A DNA stretch of 64,000 nt from an uncultured Candidatus Actinomarina sp. GTDB taxonomy: Bacteria; Actinomycetota; Acidimicrobiia; Actinomarinales; Actinomarinaceae. The stretch lies in contig CACFFJ010000001.1 in NCBI GenBank assembly GCA_902565645.1, positions 102,193 to 166,192 on the forward strand, in the 5' to 3' direction. This document shows positions 26,676 through 35,990 of this stretch, one piece after another. Every line of letters starts with the position of its first letter. Within the stretch, counting starts at the first letter, position 1. Below the pieces are notes generated by a model that was given only the letters and a program-made list of their open reading frames with translations, made no database searches and was not told the DNA's origin. Made by a program: the position numbers and the translations under genes.

Positions 26676-29156
26676 TTATGATTCTGTATCTACAAAGTCT
26701 ACTTCTGGCTCACTAGGAGCTTCAACAGCTTCAAAATCTAAAGTCTGTTCTTCATCATTTAGTGAGACTATTATCGTTGACCCTGCCTTATATTTTCCTT
26801 GTAATAACTCTTCTGAGAGGGGATCTTCTAATAACCTTTGTATAGACCTTCTTAGTGGTCTTGCTCCAAACTCTTTGTTGTATCCTTCAGTTGCTAAATG
26901 TTCTTTAGCTTCATCCGAAAGAACGATCTCTAGGTCAGAATTTTTCAATTGCTTATGCACCCTATCAAGCATTAAATCCACAATTTCTTTAACTTCATCC
27001 AAAGTAAGTTCGTGAAATACAATTGTTTCATCAATTCTATTTAAAAATTCTGGTTTGAAGTATCTTTTAAGTTCTTCATTGACTTTTGATTTCATCTTTT
27101 CGTATGAGCCTGTATCATCTAAGTTGCTGAAACCAATATTTTTTGAAAGATCTTTGGTTCCAAGATTAGAAGTCATAATAATTACTGTATTTTTAAAGTC
27201 TACTGTTCTTCCCTGAGCATCAGTTAACCTTCCGTCTTCTAGAATTTGCAATAATGTATTGAAAACATCAGGGTGTGCTTTTTCAACCTCATCTAATAGA
27301 ACAACGCTAAATGGTTTTCTCCTAACAGCTTCTGTTAATTGTCCCCCTTCGTCATACCCAACATAACCCGGAGGAGACCCAATGAGCCTACTGACTGTAT
27401 GTTTTTCCATATATTCGGACATATCAATTTGTATCAAAGAATCTTCATCTCCAAATAAAAATTCTGCCAAAGCTTTAGCTGTTTCTGTCTTGCCAACACC
27501 TGAAGGTCCCAAAAATATAAATGAACCTGATGGCCTTTTTGGATCTTTTAACCCTGACCTTGTTCTTCTTATAGCCTTTGATACTGCAGATATGGCTTCT
27601 TCTTGCCCAACAATTCTTTTGTGAAGCTCTACTTCCATCTCTAGTAACCTTGCTGTTTCTTCCTTAGTCAATCTGTGTACAGGAATTCCTGTCCATTGGG
27701 CTAAAACTTCTGCTATTTCTTCTTCATCAATAACCATTTCAACTTCACTTGAATTAGATCCTTCTGAAGAATCTAATTCATCTAAAATTATCTTTTCTTG
27801 ATCCCTAATCTGTGCAGCCTTCTCAAATAATTGAGATTGGACAGCATCAATTTTTTGCTCTCTTAAATTTTTTAATTTATCTGAAACTTCTTGCTTTTCT
27901 GAGTCAAGAGGTTTCTTATAAACCCTCATCCTGCTTCCTGCTTCATCTATTAAGTCAATAGCTTTATCGGGTAAAAATCGATCTGAAATATAACGGTCAG
28001 CCATATTTACAGCAGACACAATAGCTTGGTCTGTAAATCTTACTCCATGATGTACTTCATACCTATCTTTTAATCCATCAAGTATTTCAATGGCGTCAGA
28101 AAGATTTGGCTCTTCAACCTTTACCGATTGAAATCTTCTTTCAAGTGCTGCGTCTTTTTCAAAATGTTTTCTGAACTCTTCTAATGTTGTTGCTCCTACA
28201 GTTTGAAGCTCACCTCTAGCTAACATTGGTTTTAAAATAGAAGCTGCATCTATAGCTCCCTCTGCAGCGCCTGCCCCAACTAGGGTATGTATTTCATCAA
28301 TAAATAAAACTATATCTCCTCTTGTTTTAATTTCTTTAAGAACTTTTTTTAGCCTTTCCTCAAAATCTCCTCTATATCTTGAACCTGCTACCAATGCTGA
28401 TAAATCGAGTGTATATATTTGTTTTCCTTCAAGCGTTGAAGGAATGTCACCAGAAACAATTTTCTGGGCAAGCCCCTCTACTATTGCAGTCTTACCAACT
28501 CCTGGTTCTCCAATTAAAACTGGATTATTTTTTGTTCTTCTTGAAAGTATCTGCATAACTCTTTCAATTTCTGTTGTTCTACCTATAACTGGATCTAACT
28601 TTCCTTCCTTTGCCATTCTTGTTAAGTTTCTACCAAATTGATCCAAAATTGCGGATCCTGTTCCAGATCCAGGCCTTTCTCTGCCTCCAGTAGATGCAGC
28701 TTGTGGTTTTTTGCCTTCATCAGAATTAGAAATTAATTTAATTACTGTTTGTCTAACTTGAGAAAGCTCAGCACCCAATTTTTTCAATACTTGTGCAGCT
28801 ACACCTTCTCCTTCTCTTATTAAACCTAATAAAATATGCTCTGTACCTATATAGTTGTGTCCTAACTGTAAAGCCTCTCTTAAAGAAAGCTCTAAAACTT
28901 TTTTTGCTCTTGGTGTAAAAGGTATATGACCGCTTGGAGATTGCTGTCCTTCTCCAATTATTTCTACGACTTCAGATCTAACACCGTCAATATTTATGTT
29001 CAATTCTTCTAAGGCTTTTGCAGCATGGCCTTCTCCCTCCTGAATTAATCCAAGAAGTATATGTTCAGTACCTATATAGTTATGATTCAAACGTCTTGCT
29101 TCTTCTTGTGCAAGAACAACTACTCTACGAGCTCTATCGGTAAATCTTTCAAACAT
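26676..29156 (-). CDS. clpC: ATP-dependent Clp protease ATP-binding subunit ClpC
   Basis: Canonical N-terminus MFERFTDRARRV and two AAA+ modules (GEPGVGKT, GPSGVGKT). The start is set by homology at 29156; the track ORF begins 11 codons earlier. Confidence 0.95.
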   Translation of the reverse strand: MFERFTDRARRVVVLAQEEARRLNHNYIGTEHILLGLIQEGEGHAAKALEELNINIDGVRSEVVEIIGEGQQSPSGHIPFTPRAKKVLELSLREALQLGHNYIGTEHILLGLIREGEGVAAQVLKKLGAELSQVRQTVIKLISNSDEGKKPQAASTGGRERPGSGTGSAILDQFGRNLTRMAKEGKLDPVIGRTTEIERVMQILSRRTKNNPVLIGEPGVGKTAIVEGLAQKIVSGDIPSTLEGKQIYTLDLSALVAGSRYRGDFEERLKKVLKEIKTRGDIVLFIDEIHTLVGAGAAEGAIDAASILKPMLARGELQTVGATTLEEFRKHFEKDAALERRFQSVKVEEPNLSDAIEILDGLKDRYEVHHGVRFTDQAIVSAVNMADRYISDRFLPDKAIDLIDEAGSRMRVYKKPLDSEKQEVSDKLKNLREQKIDAVQSQLFEKAAQIRDQEKIILDELDSSEGSNSSEVEMVIDEEEIAEVLAQWTGIPVHRLTKEETARLLEMEVELHKRIVGQEEAISAVSKAIRRTRSGLKDPKRPSGSFIFLGPSGVGKTETAKALAEFLFGDEDSLIQIDMSEYMEKHTVSRLIGSPPGYVGYDEGGQLTEAVRRKPFSVVLLDEVEKAHPDVFNTLLQILEDGRLTDAQGRTVDFKNTVIIMTSNLGTKDLSKNIGFSNLDDTGSYEKMKSKVNEELKRYFKPEFLNRIDETIVFHELTLDEVKEIVDLMLDRVHKQLKNSDLEIVLSDEAKEHLATEGYNKEFGARPLRRSIQRLLEDPLSEELLQGKYKAGSTIIVSLNDEEQTLDFEAVEAPSEPEVDFVDTES

Positions 29157-29237
29157 ATGTTTAATCTTAATAACTCTTTGTTTATACATCTAAATCAAAA
29201 TTCCAAGTATTTATTAAAATCTCTTATTCTTGTATAT

Positions 29238-30215
29238 ATGGATTCAAATAAACTCAAAGAAATTATCCCAATCGAACAAATATGGATTAATTTAGAAAAT
29301 TTTGAAAGTCGGTTATATGAAATTAGTGGTTCTGAAGACTCATATTTAAATGAAATTTCTCATTATTTAATTAATGCTGGCGGAAAAAGATTTAGACCTA
29401 TATGTACATTATTAGCCGGAGAATTAGGGAATGGTGATAATAATAAAATTATAGATGCTGCTGTAGCGATTGAATTAATTCATCTCGGTAGCCTATACCA
29501 TGATGACGTAATTGATGATGCAGAAACAAGAAGGGGTGTAGCAAGTGCAAATGTTAAGTGGAATACAACTCTGTCTATACTTGCGGGTGATTACTTACTA
29601 GCAAAATCATCTGAACTCGCAGCTGAAACTCTTGGTCTAGAGTCTGTAAAGCTCCTGGCATCAACTTATGCAGAGCTTGTTGAGGGACAAACAAAAGAAG
29701 TTCAGTATCAATATGATACAGATCATACCACCGAAGATTATATGAAAGTTATTGAAGGAAAGACAGCAAGTCTAATTAGAACTAGTGCAAAATTAGGAGC
29801 AATGGCAGGGAATTGTGATAAAAAAACAACCAATGCAATTAGTAAATGGGCTTGGCATAATGGAATTATTTTTCAAATAACAGATGATATTTTAGATTTA
29901 AGTTCGGATACTCAGACTCTAGGTAAAGAGGCTGGTAAAGACATTCTTGAAGGAACTTACACCCTTCCTGTTCTTATTGCATTGTCAGAAAATAAAGATA
30001 AAGTAAAAAAAATATTAACAGGAATAAGAAATTCAGAAATTGAATTATTAGAGGTTATACAAGAATTTAATAATGAAAAAATAATTGACGCATCCAAAAA
30101 ATATCTAGATCATCATTATAAAGAAAGCATGAAGAGTTTAGATGCAATAGAGGATTCTAAAATCAAAGAGATATTAATTGATATTAATAACTATCTAATA
30201 AAGAGAAGTAACTAG
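29238..30215 (+). CDS. trans-polyprenyl diphosphate synthase (HepT/IspB-like)
   Basis: DDxxD motifs LYHDDVIDD and FQITDDILD. The start is set at the ATG at 29238 (MDSNKL), because the longer track ORF overlaps clpC on the other strand. Confidence 0.85.
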   Translation: MDSNKLKEIIPIEQIWINLENFESRLYEISGSEDSYLNEISHYLINAGGKRFRPICTLLAGELGNGDNNKIIDAAVAIELIHLGSLYHDDVIDDAETRRGVASANVKWNTTLSILAGDYLLAKSSELAAETLGLESVKLLASTYAELVEGQTKEVQYQYDTDHTTEDYMKVIEGKTASLIRTSAKLGAMAGNCDKKTTNAISKWAWHNGIIFQITDDILDLSSDTQTLGKEAGKDILEGTYTLPVLIALSENKDKVKKILTGIRNSEIELLEVIQEFNNEKIIDASKKYLDHHYKESMKSLDAIEDSKIKEILIDINNYLIKRSN

Positions 30216-31699
30216 TTTTCAGGTTTTAAATGTGGGAAGGCTGTGACTTCTCTTATTGAAGAATTATTAGTTAAAATCATTACAAATCTATCAACTCCAA
30301 ACCCTAATCCTCCAGTTGGTGGTAATCCATATTGAAGAGCCTCTATATAGTCTTCATCTTCAACGTGTGCCTCTTCGTCTCCTTTGGCTTTTTTTTGTGC
30401 TTGTACTCTGAGCCTGTTTTCTTGTTCTTCTGAATCAATCAGCTCAGAAAATCCATTAGCCAACTCACTTCCAAATGCAAATAACTCAAATCTTTCTGTT
30501 ACGCCTGGCTTTTTCTTATTTTCTCTTGCAAAAGGTGAGACTTCAACTGGATAGTCGGTCACAAATGTAGGATTAATAATACTGTCTTCAATGTAGTTTT
30601 CAAAAAGCTCATAAACCAGCAAGCCAATTGTTTGAGCTTCAGGCCTATAGTCTAAGTGCTTTTTCAATTCGTTTTTGATTTTTTTTATATCAGAGTCATG
30701 CTTAATTTCAATTTTAAACTTTTTCGAAACAAGCTCATACATACTAACCCTTTTCCATGGTCTTGAAAAATCAGCTTCATTATCAATAAATTTTATATTT
30801 TTCTCAATACCTAATTCATCAAAAATATGTATACACAAATTCTCAACCATATCCATTACTCTATTTGCATCAACATAAGCCTCGTAACTTTCCATCATTG
30901 TAAACTCAGGTGAATGTGTTTGGTCAACGCCTTCATTTCTAAATGTTTTTCCTAATTCAAAGACTTTCTCAAAACCCCCAACAATTAATCTTTTCAAATA
31001 TAACTCTGGAGCTATCCTAAGATACATATCCAAATCTAAAGCATTGTGATGTGTCTCAAAAGGCTTTGCTATTGCCCCTCCGGCCTTAGGTTGTAAAATT
31101 GGAGTTTCAACCTCAATAAAGCCTTCGGATTCCATGAATTTCCTCATTAGATTAATTATCTTTGATCTAGTTTCAATAGTTCTCTTCGAATCTGGATTAA
31201 CAATAAAATCAAGATATCTTTGTCTAAATCTTGTTTCCTTATCTTTTAAACCATGCCATTTTTCGGGAAGTGTTCTTAATGATTTAGAAAGAATGGTGCT
31301 AGATTTTACCTTAATTGATAATTCACCTTTTTTAGTTTTCATTATTTCTCCAAGAACTCCGATAATGTCTCCGGAATCATAGTTTTCAAAATGAGAAAGT
31401 TCTTTTTTAGAAATAAAGCTTTTATCAACCAAAAGTTGTGTCTTCCCTGTGTTGTCCAGCAAATCAAGAAAAGAAAGCTTTCCAAAAGATCGACTCTGTA
31501 GAATTCTTCCTTTAACTAGGACATCTATCCCTGTGTGTTCTCCAAACTCTATGTCTTTATGTTTACTAACAATATCTTTAATGTCAGCAGTGCCTTGAAA
31601 ACTTGTTGGAAAAGACTTAGAACTTAATTCATTAAAAAAACTAATTTTTTGTTTTCTTAATTCGAAAATTTCCTTTTCTGATTTTGAAAAATTACTCAC
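30212..31699 (-). CDS. lysS: lysine--tRNA ligase (class II)
   Basis: 495 aa with an OB anticodon-binding domain and class II motifs (FRNEG, ELANGFSEL, GLGFGVDR). Confidence 0.95.
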   Translation of the reverse strand: MSNFSKSEKEIFELRKQKISFFNELSSKSFPTSFQGTADIKDIVSKHKDIEFGEHTGIDVLVKGRILQSRSFGKLSFLDLLDNTGKTQLLVDKSFISKKELSHFENYDSGDIIGVLGEIMKTKKGELSIKVKSSTILSKSLRTLPEKWHGLKDKETRFRQRYLDFIVNPDSKRTIETRSKIINLMRKFMESEGFIEVETPILQPKAGGAIAKPFETHHNALDLDMYLRIAPELYLKRLIVGGFEKVFELGKTFRNEGVDQTHSPEFTMMESYEAYVDANRVMDMVENLCIHIFDELGIEKNIKFIDNEADFSRPWKRVSMYELVSKKFKIEIKHDSDIKKIKNELKKHLDYRPEAQTIGLLVYELFENYIEDSIINPTFVTDYPVEVSPFARENKKKPGVTERFELFAFGSELANGFSELIDSEEQENRLRVQAQKKAKGDEEAHVEDEDYIEALQYGLPPTGGLGFGVDRFVMILTNNSSIREVTAFPHLKPEN

Positions 31700-31709
31700 C
31701 TAATATAGC

Positions 31710-32474
31710 CTAATTATTTAATTTATATATTTCTTCAAGTCCATCTAATGTTAAATCTTCTTCATATTTAGATTTTATATTTAATAATGGCTGAATTACT
31801 TTACCTAAACCACCTGTAATAAAGATTTTAGGTTTCAATCCAGATTCAAGAATTATTTTTTCAATCATGGAGTCAATCATGGAAGTATGGCCAAGAATTA
31901 ATCCACTTTGTATTGCTTCATAAGTATTTTTCCCAATAACATTTTTTGGTGTTTCAAGTTCAACAGACTTAAGCGATGATGTTTTTGAGGTAAGAGCATC
32001 TAAACTAATTTTAATTCCTGGTGCAATGGAACCACCTAAATATTCTTTTTTAGTATTTACAATGTCAAAAGTAGTCGCTGTCCCTAAGTCAACAACAATA
32101 ACTTCTGAGGAGGCCTTACTGTAGCCTCCTATAGAGTTCGCTATTCTATCTGGACCAAGTTCTTTAGGGTTGTCTATATTAACTTTCAATCCCGTTTTGA
32201 CACCTGGTCCAACAGTCAATACATCTTTGGAAATGAACCTACTTGTAGCTTCTGAAACACTGTTTGTAATCTCAGGAACTACTGAACAAATTATAGCCCC
32301 CTCAATCAACCCTTCTTTAATTAATGGATTATCAATAATTGTTTTAAACATCATTAACAGTTCATCAGAAGTTACTGTTTTTCTGGTTGTGAACCTGTAA
32401 CCTTGCCACCCTTGACTATTTCCTACACCTATTGTTGTCTCACTGTTTCCAACATCTATAGCAATAATCTTCAT
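31710..32474 (-). CDS. coaX: type III pantothenate kinase
   Basis: 254 aa with AIDVGNSETT and VDLGTATTFD acetate/sugar-kinase motifs. Confidence 0.9.
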   Translation of the reverse strand: MKIIAIDVGNSETTIGVGNSQGWQGYRFTTRKTVTSDELLMMFKTIIDNPLIKEGLIEGAIICSVVPEITNSVSEATSRFISKDVLTVGPGVKTGLKVNIDNPKELGPDRIANSIGGYSKASSEVIVVDLGTATTFDIVNTKKEYLGGSIAPGIKISLDALTSKTSSLKSVELETPKNVIGKNTYEAIQSGLILGHTSMIDSMIEKIILESGLKPKIFITGGLGKVIQPLLNIKSKYEEDLTLDGLEEIYKLNN

Positions 32475-33298
32475 AATGTTTCCTCTAATTGAAAATCTAA
32501 GTTATCAATCAACCTAATGCCTTCAACATAGGCAGCAATAACAATAATATAAGAGTTAGAAATTTTAGTAGGTTTACAAAATGTTTCATAATCAAGAATT
32601 TCTAAATAATCAATTTTTAAGTTCTTAGTTGATAATTTATCTCTTGCTTCGATTAGAGAATTTTCAATATCTTTTGAAGTTAAAAAATTCTTTTTTGTTT
32701 CATTAAGTAATTTTTTTATACTTGTCGCAATATTTTCTCCTTTTTTACTAAGTAAAATATTTCTACTACTCAGCGCTAAGCCGTTGCTATCTCTTACTGT
32801 TTTGCATTCAATTATTTGGATCTTATATTTTTTATCTAAAACTAATTTCTTAATTAAGAATAATTGCTGAGCATCTTTTTTCCCAAATATTACAGCTTTT
32901 GGTTCAATTAACTCAAATAATCTATTAACGACTGTTAGGACTCCATCAAAATGACCTGGTCTCGATTCTCCTTCATATTTTCTTCCTAACTCACCAGAGT
33001 CAATGCTTTCAAAACCATTGGAAGGATAAATATATTCACTATCAGGAATGAATAGATAATCAACTTGTAAATTATTCAAAATCTCAATATCTTTATCTAT
33101 TGTTTTCGGGTAGTTAGCGAAATCATCTTTGTCGTTAAATTGAATCGGATTAACAAAAATTGAAACAATTAAAGGAAGTTTCAATTTTTTTCCTTCTTTT
33201 ATGAGTTGGATGTGTCCAGCATGTAATGCGCCCATAGTAGGAATTAAACAGGCTCCTAAAGTTAATATATCTTTATCTATTTCTTTAATAATTTTCAT
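32471..33298 (-). CDS. panC: pantoate--beta-alanine ligase
   Basis: 275 aa with PTMGALHAGH (HxGH) and a conserved core. Confidence 0.9.
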   Translation of the reverse strand: MKIIKEIDKDILTLGACLIPTMGALHAGHIQLIKEGKKLKLPLIVSIFVNPIQFNDKDDFANYPKTIDKDIEILNNLQVDYLFIPDSEYIYPSNGFESIDSGELGRKYEGESRPGHFDGVLTVVNRLFELIEPKAVIFGKKDAQQLFLIKKLVLDKKYKIQIIECKTVRDSNGLALSSRNILLSKKGENIATSIKKLLNETKKNFLTSKDIENSLIEARDKLSTKNLKIDYLEILDYETFCKPTKISNSYIIVIAAYVEGIRLIDNLDFQLEETL

Positions 33299-33330
33299 AG
33301 TTATCGTGCCCTAAAAATTGGTGCCCGTAA

Positions 33331-33804
33331 TTACTTGTTAGATATTTTAGCTACTTTTTTTATTTTTTGATTATTTATTTTGTACTCAGACAGATCAAAT
33401 TCTTTAAATAGTTCAACTAGAGGCTCAACTACAAACCTTCTATTTTTCCAATCATAATGAGGAATTGTTAGTTGATCATTTTTTATTTCTAAATTATTGA
33501 AAAAAATTATATCAATATCTATTTTGCGTGGACCATACCTAAAAGTTTTTACCCTTCCTATCTTCTTTTCTATATTTTTGATATCTATCAATAAATCCTC
33601 TGGTTTATTTTTATAATCAATTTGAACAATCAAATTTAGAAAATTATTTTGCTCCTCATAAATCAATGGTTCAGATTCATATATTGAGGAAACTTTTTCA
33701 ATATTAGAAATTTTTGAAAGTTCACCTAAACAATCCTTTAAATTAATCTCTCGTTTACCAAGGTTTGTGCCTAAAGATAGAATAATTTTATTTAGATTTT
33801 TCAC
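33331..33804 (-). CDS. folK: 2-amino-4-hydroxy-6-hydroxymethyldihydropteridine diphosphokinase
   Basis: 157 aa with the YGPRKIDIDIIFF motif, in folate operon context. Confidence 0.85.
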   Translation of the reverse strand: MKNLNKIILSLGTNLGKREINLKDCLGELSKISNIEKVSSIYESEPLIYEEQNNFLNLIVQIDYKNKPEDLLIDIKNIEKKIGRVKTFRYGPRKIDIDIIFFNNLEIKNDQLTIPHYDWKNRRFVVEPLVELFKEFDLSEYKINNQKIKKVAKISNK

Positions 33805-34159
33805 TTACTGTAACACTTATATCGTCTGTAAACTTACTTAACTCTGTTTCAGGTTTATGAACAGTTACAGAAATTTCATTTATTTTTTGGTCCCTAAGTT
33901 TGTCTATCAGGCTAAATGCTAAAGTTTCAATTAAATTAAATGATTCTTGTTTTACTATATTAATAACTGTTTCTACAACTTTTTCATAATTAATCGTTTC
34001 ATTTAAATTATCTCTATGAATATTATTTATCACCTCTTTATCTTGATTAATCAACAATTTAACATCAATAATAAAAAGCTGTTCTTTTTCTTTTTCTGCT
34101 TTATAAACTCCATGTTTACCATAAGCTTTAATACCTTTAACATCAATAGTTAAGGACAT
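33788..34159 (-). CDS. folB: dihydroneopterin aldolase
   Basis: 123 aa with GKHGVYKAEKEKEQLFIIDV, FolB-like. Confidence 0.85.
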   Translation of the reverse strand: MSLTIDVKGIKAYGKHGVYKAEKEKEQLFIIDVKLLINQDKEVINNIHRDNLNETINYEKVVETVINIVKQESFNLIETLAFSLIDKLRDQKINEISVTVHKPETELSKFTDDISVTVSEKSK

Positions 34160-34162
34160 CTT

Positions 34163-34633
34163 CTATTGATTCGGTATAAGAGATATTGCTTTTGGAGACA
34201 ATGGTTTACCTAAAATTCTTTCAAGAATTGTTCTTGCTAAAATTGGATCTTCAAGAAGTTTTGAATAAATTAAATACCCAGCAAGAACACCCGGAACTTC
34301 TTCATCTAAATACTCCCTGTGTATTAATAGTTTTCTTTCTTTGTCTGATAGGGCTTCTTTAATTGCTTCAAAAATAACTTCTACTGATTCTTTAGGTATA
34401 TTATCCCCAAATGGAAAGTGGTATGTTCTAAAACCTACTTCTTGATAGTTTTTTAAATTAAAGTCAGACTCAAGTAGGGAAAAAATAGAGTTAATTCCTT
34501 GACCTTTTAACCACTGAATTTCTTCTTCTCTCCTAATTTTTCTTGCTGTTAGTCCTCCACCACCAATACATTCTGATACAGCCAGTTTTCCCTCAATTAT
34601 CCAATAAAAATCATTTGGTTTTAACCCAGCCAT
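34163..34633 (-). CDS. dual-specificity-phosphatase-fold protein with degenerate active site
   Basis: 156 aa. The overall pattern (FYWIIEGKLAVS...GINSIFSL...HFPFGDNIP...LLIHREYLDEEVPGVLAGYLIY) follows the DSP fold. However, the HCxxGxxR P-loop reads HREYLDEEV, with no Cys or Arg. Confidence 0.55.
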   Translation of the reverse strand: MAGLKPNDFYWIIEGKLAVSECIGGGGLTARKIRREEEIQWLKGQGINSIFSLLESDFNLKNYQEVGFRTYHFPFGDNIPKESVEVIFEAIKEALSDKERKLLIHREYLDEEVPGVLAGYLIYSKLLEDPILARTILERILGKPLSPKAISLIPNQ

Positions 34634-34678
34634 TAATTTCCTTTTAAAACTTCCAGTATATTAGCTTACACGTTAATT

Positions 34679-35422
34679 TCAGTTATCTAGGTGCAATCGC
34701 ACCATGGAAACGCCTGAATCAAAACAATGATCTAATAAATCTTTATCTGATAAAGGAATTAAATTTCTAAATTTTTTCTTTGAATAACCAACAATTACCG
34801 GGAACTTTTCACAAAGTTTGTTTACTCCTAGCAATAATTTTGCAGAGTCTTCAATCCTTTTGCCAAAACCGAGTCCTGGGTCAATTGCAATTTGGGACTC
34901 TTTTATCCCTTCACTAATTAAACTTTCAATTGTTTCATCCAATTGGTACTTAACTTCTTCTACCACGTCTTTATATTCCTTTATTTCGTGAATGTCCTTT
35001 GAAGAAGGATTTCGATGTACAACTATTAAACCTGCTTCAGTAGATTTAGCTTTATTAATTATTTTTTTATCTTTTAGTCCAGAGACATCATTTATAACTA
35101 AGAAACCTGCTTCAATTGCTTTTTCTATAACGTTTATATTTGTTGAGTCTATGGAATATTTAAATTTGTAATTAATATTTTTTAAAAAGAATTCAAACCT
35201 TTCTATCTCTTCTTCTATTTTAATTTTTTTATATTTTGGCCTAGTAGATACACACCCAATATCTAAAAACTCAATATCTAAGTTTTCAGCTATCTTATAT
35301 TTATCTTGAATTGATAGTTTAGAATTTAATAATCCATCTCCAGAGAATGAATCTGGTGTAATGTTTATTATCCCCATAACTTTTTTATCTAATTCAGATA
35401 AAAAGTTTTTCCAGGAAAACAA
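34679..35422 (-). CDS. folP: dihydropteroate synthase
   Basis: 247 aa with GIINITPDSFSGDG and IDPGLGFGK. Confidence 0.9.
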   Translation of the reverse strand: MFSWKNFLSELDKKVMGIINITPDSFSGDGLLNSKLSIQDKYKIAENLDIEFLDIGCVSTRPKYKKIKIEEEIERFEFFLKNINYKFKYSIDSTNINVIEKAIEAGFLVINDVSGLKDKKIINKAKSTEAGLIVVHRNPSSKDIHEIKEYKDVVEEVKYQLDETIESLISEGIKESQIAIDPGLGFGKRIEDSAKLLLGVNKLCEKFPVIVGYSKKKFRNLIPLSDKDLLDHCFDSGVSMVRLHLDN

Positions 35423-35423
35423 C

Positions 35424-35990
35424 TTAGTTTAAATTTAAAATTGCTTCTGAACGTAAGGAGTAATCCAACTCGTATAATCCTATCGAATGAGTGGTAATAA
35501 CATCTGAAATTGAGTTTTTTGGGTTTGTCATGTCAGAACACAAGTGCTTTGCAGTAACTCTTGTGAAAACACCCTCACACTTTAATTCTTCATATATGGT
35601 CTTTGAAATTATCTCTGTAAATTTTTCCTGAAGAGTCAACTTTCTTGAAAGAAAATCAATTAATTGAACAAACTTTGAAACACCTATAATCTTGCCTGAT
35701 GGAAATATAGCAATATCTACGTTTCCAAAAAAGGGAAGCAAGTGATGCTCACACAAACTAATAAATGGTAACTTTTTAAAGTAGATTGGTTGGTGGTAAT
35801 CAACATTGTCTAATACTTGAAATATTGAATTAATCTCAATATCTTTATTTTCCAGTTTTGCTTGTATTTCATTTAAAAATTTTTCTGAAACATTAAACGA
35901 CTCTTCAATTGTTTTATTGGAATGCTCGGATATAAATTTAGCTAAAACTTCCTCTACTTCCTTTTTCTCTTCTTTAGTTTTTTTTGTCAT
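35424..35990 (-). CDS. folE: GTP cyclohydrolase I
   Basis: 188 aa with the [10 protein letters not shown] motif. Confidence 0.9.
   Translation of the reverse strand: MTKKTKEEKKEVEEVLAKFISEHSNKTIEESFNVSEKFLNEIQAKLENKDIEINSIFQVLDNVDYHQPIYFKKLPFISLCEHHLLPFFGNVDIAIFPSGKIIGVSKFVQLIDFLSRKLTLQEKFTEIISKTIYEELKCEGVFTRVTAKHLCSDMTNPKNSISDVITTHSIGLYELDYSLRSEAILNLN

Noticed and set aside
29061-29237. A long N-terminal extension of the polyprenyl synthase ORF.
   Set aside because: The extension overlaps the conserved clpC N-terminus on the opposite strand and has no homology. The synthase alignment begins near Met at 29238.
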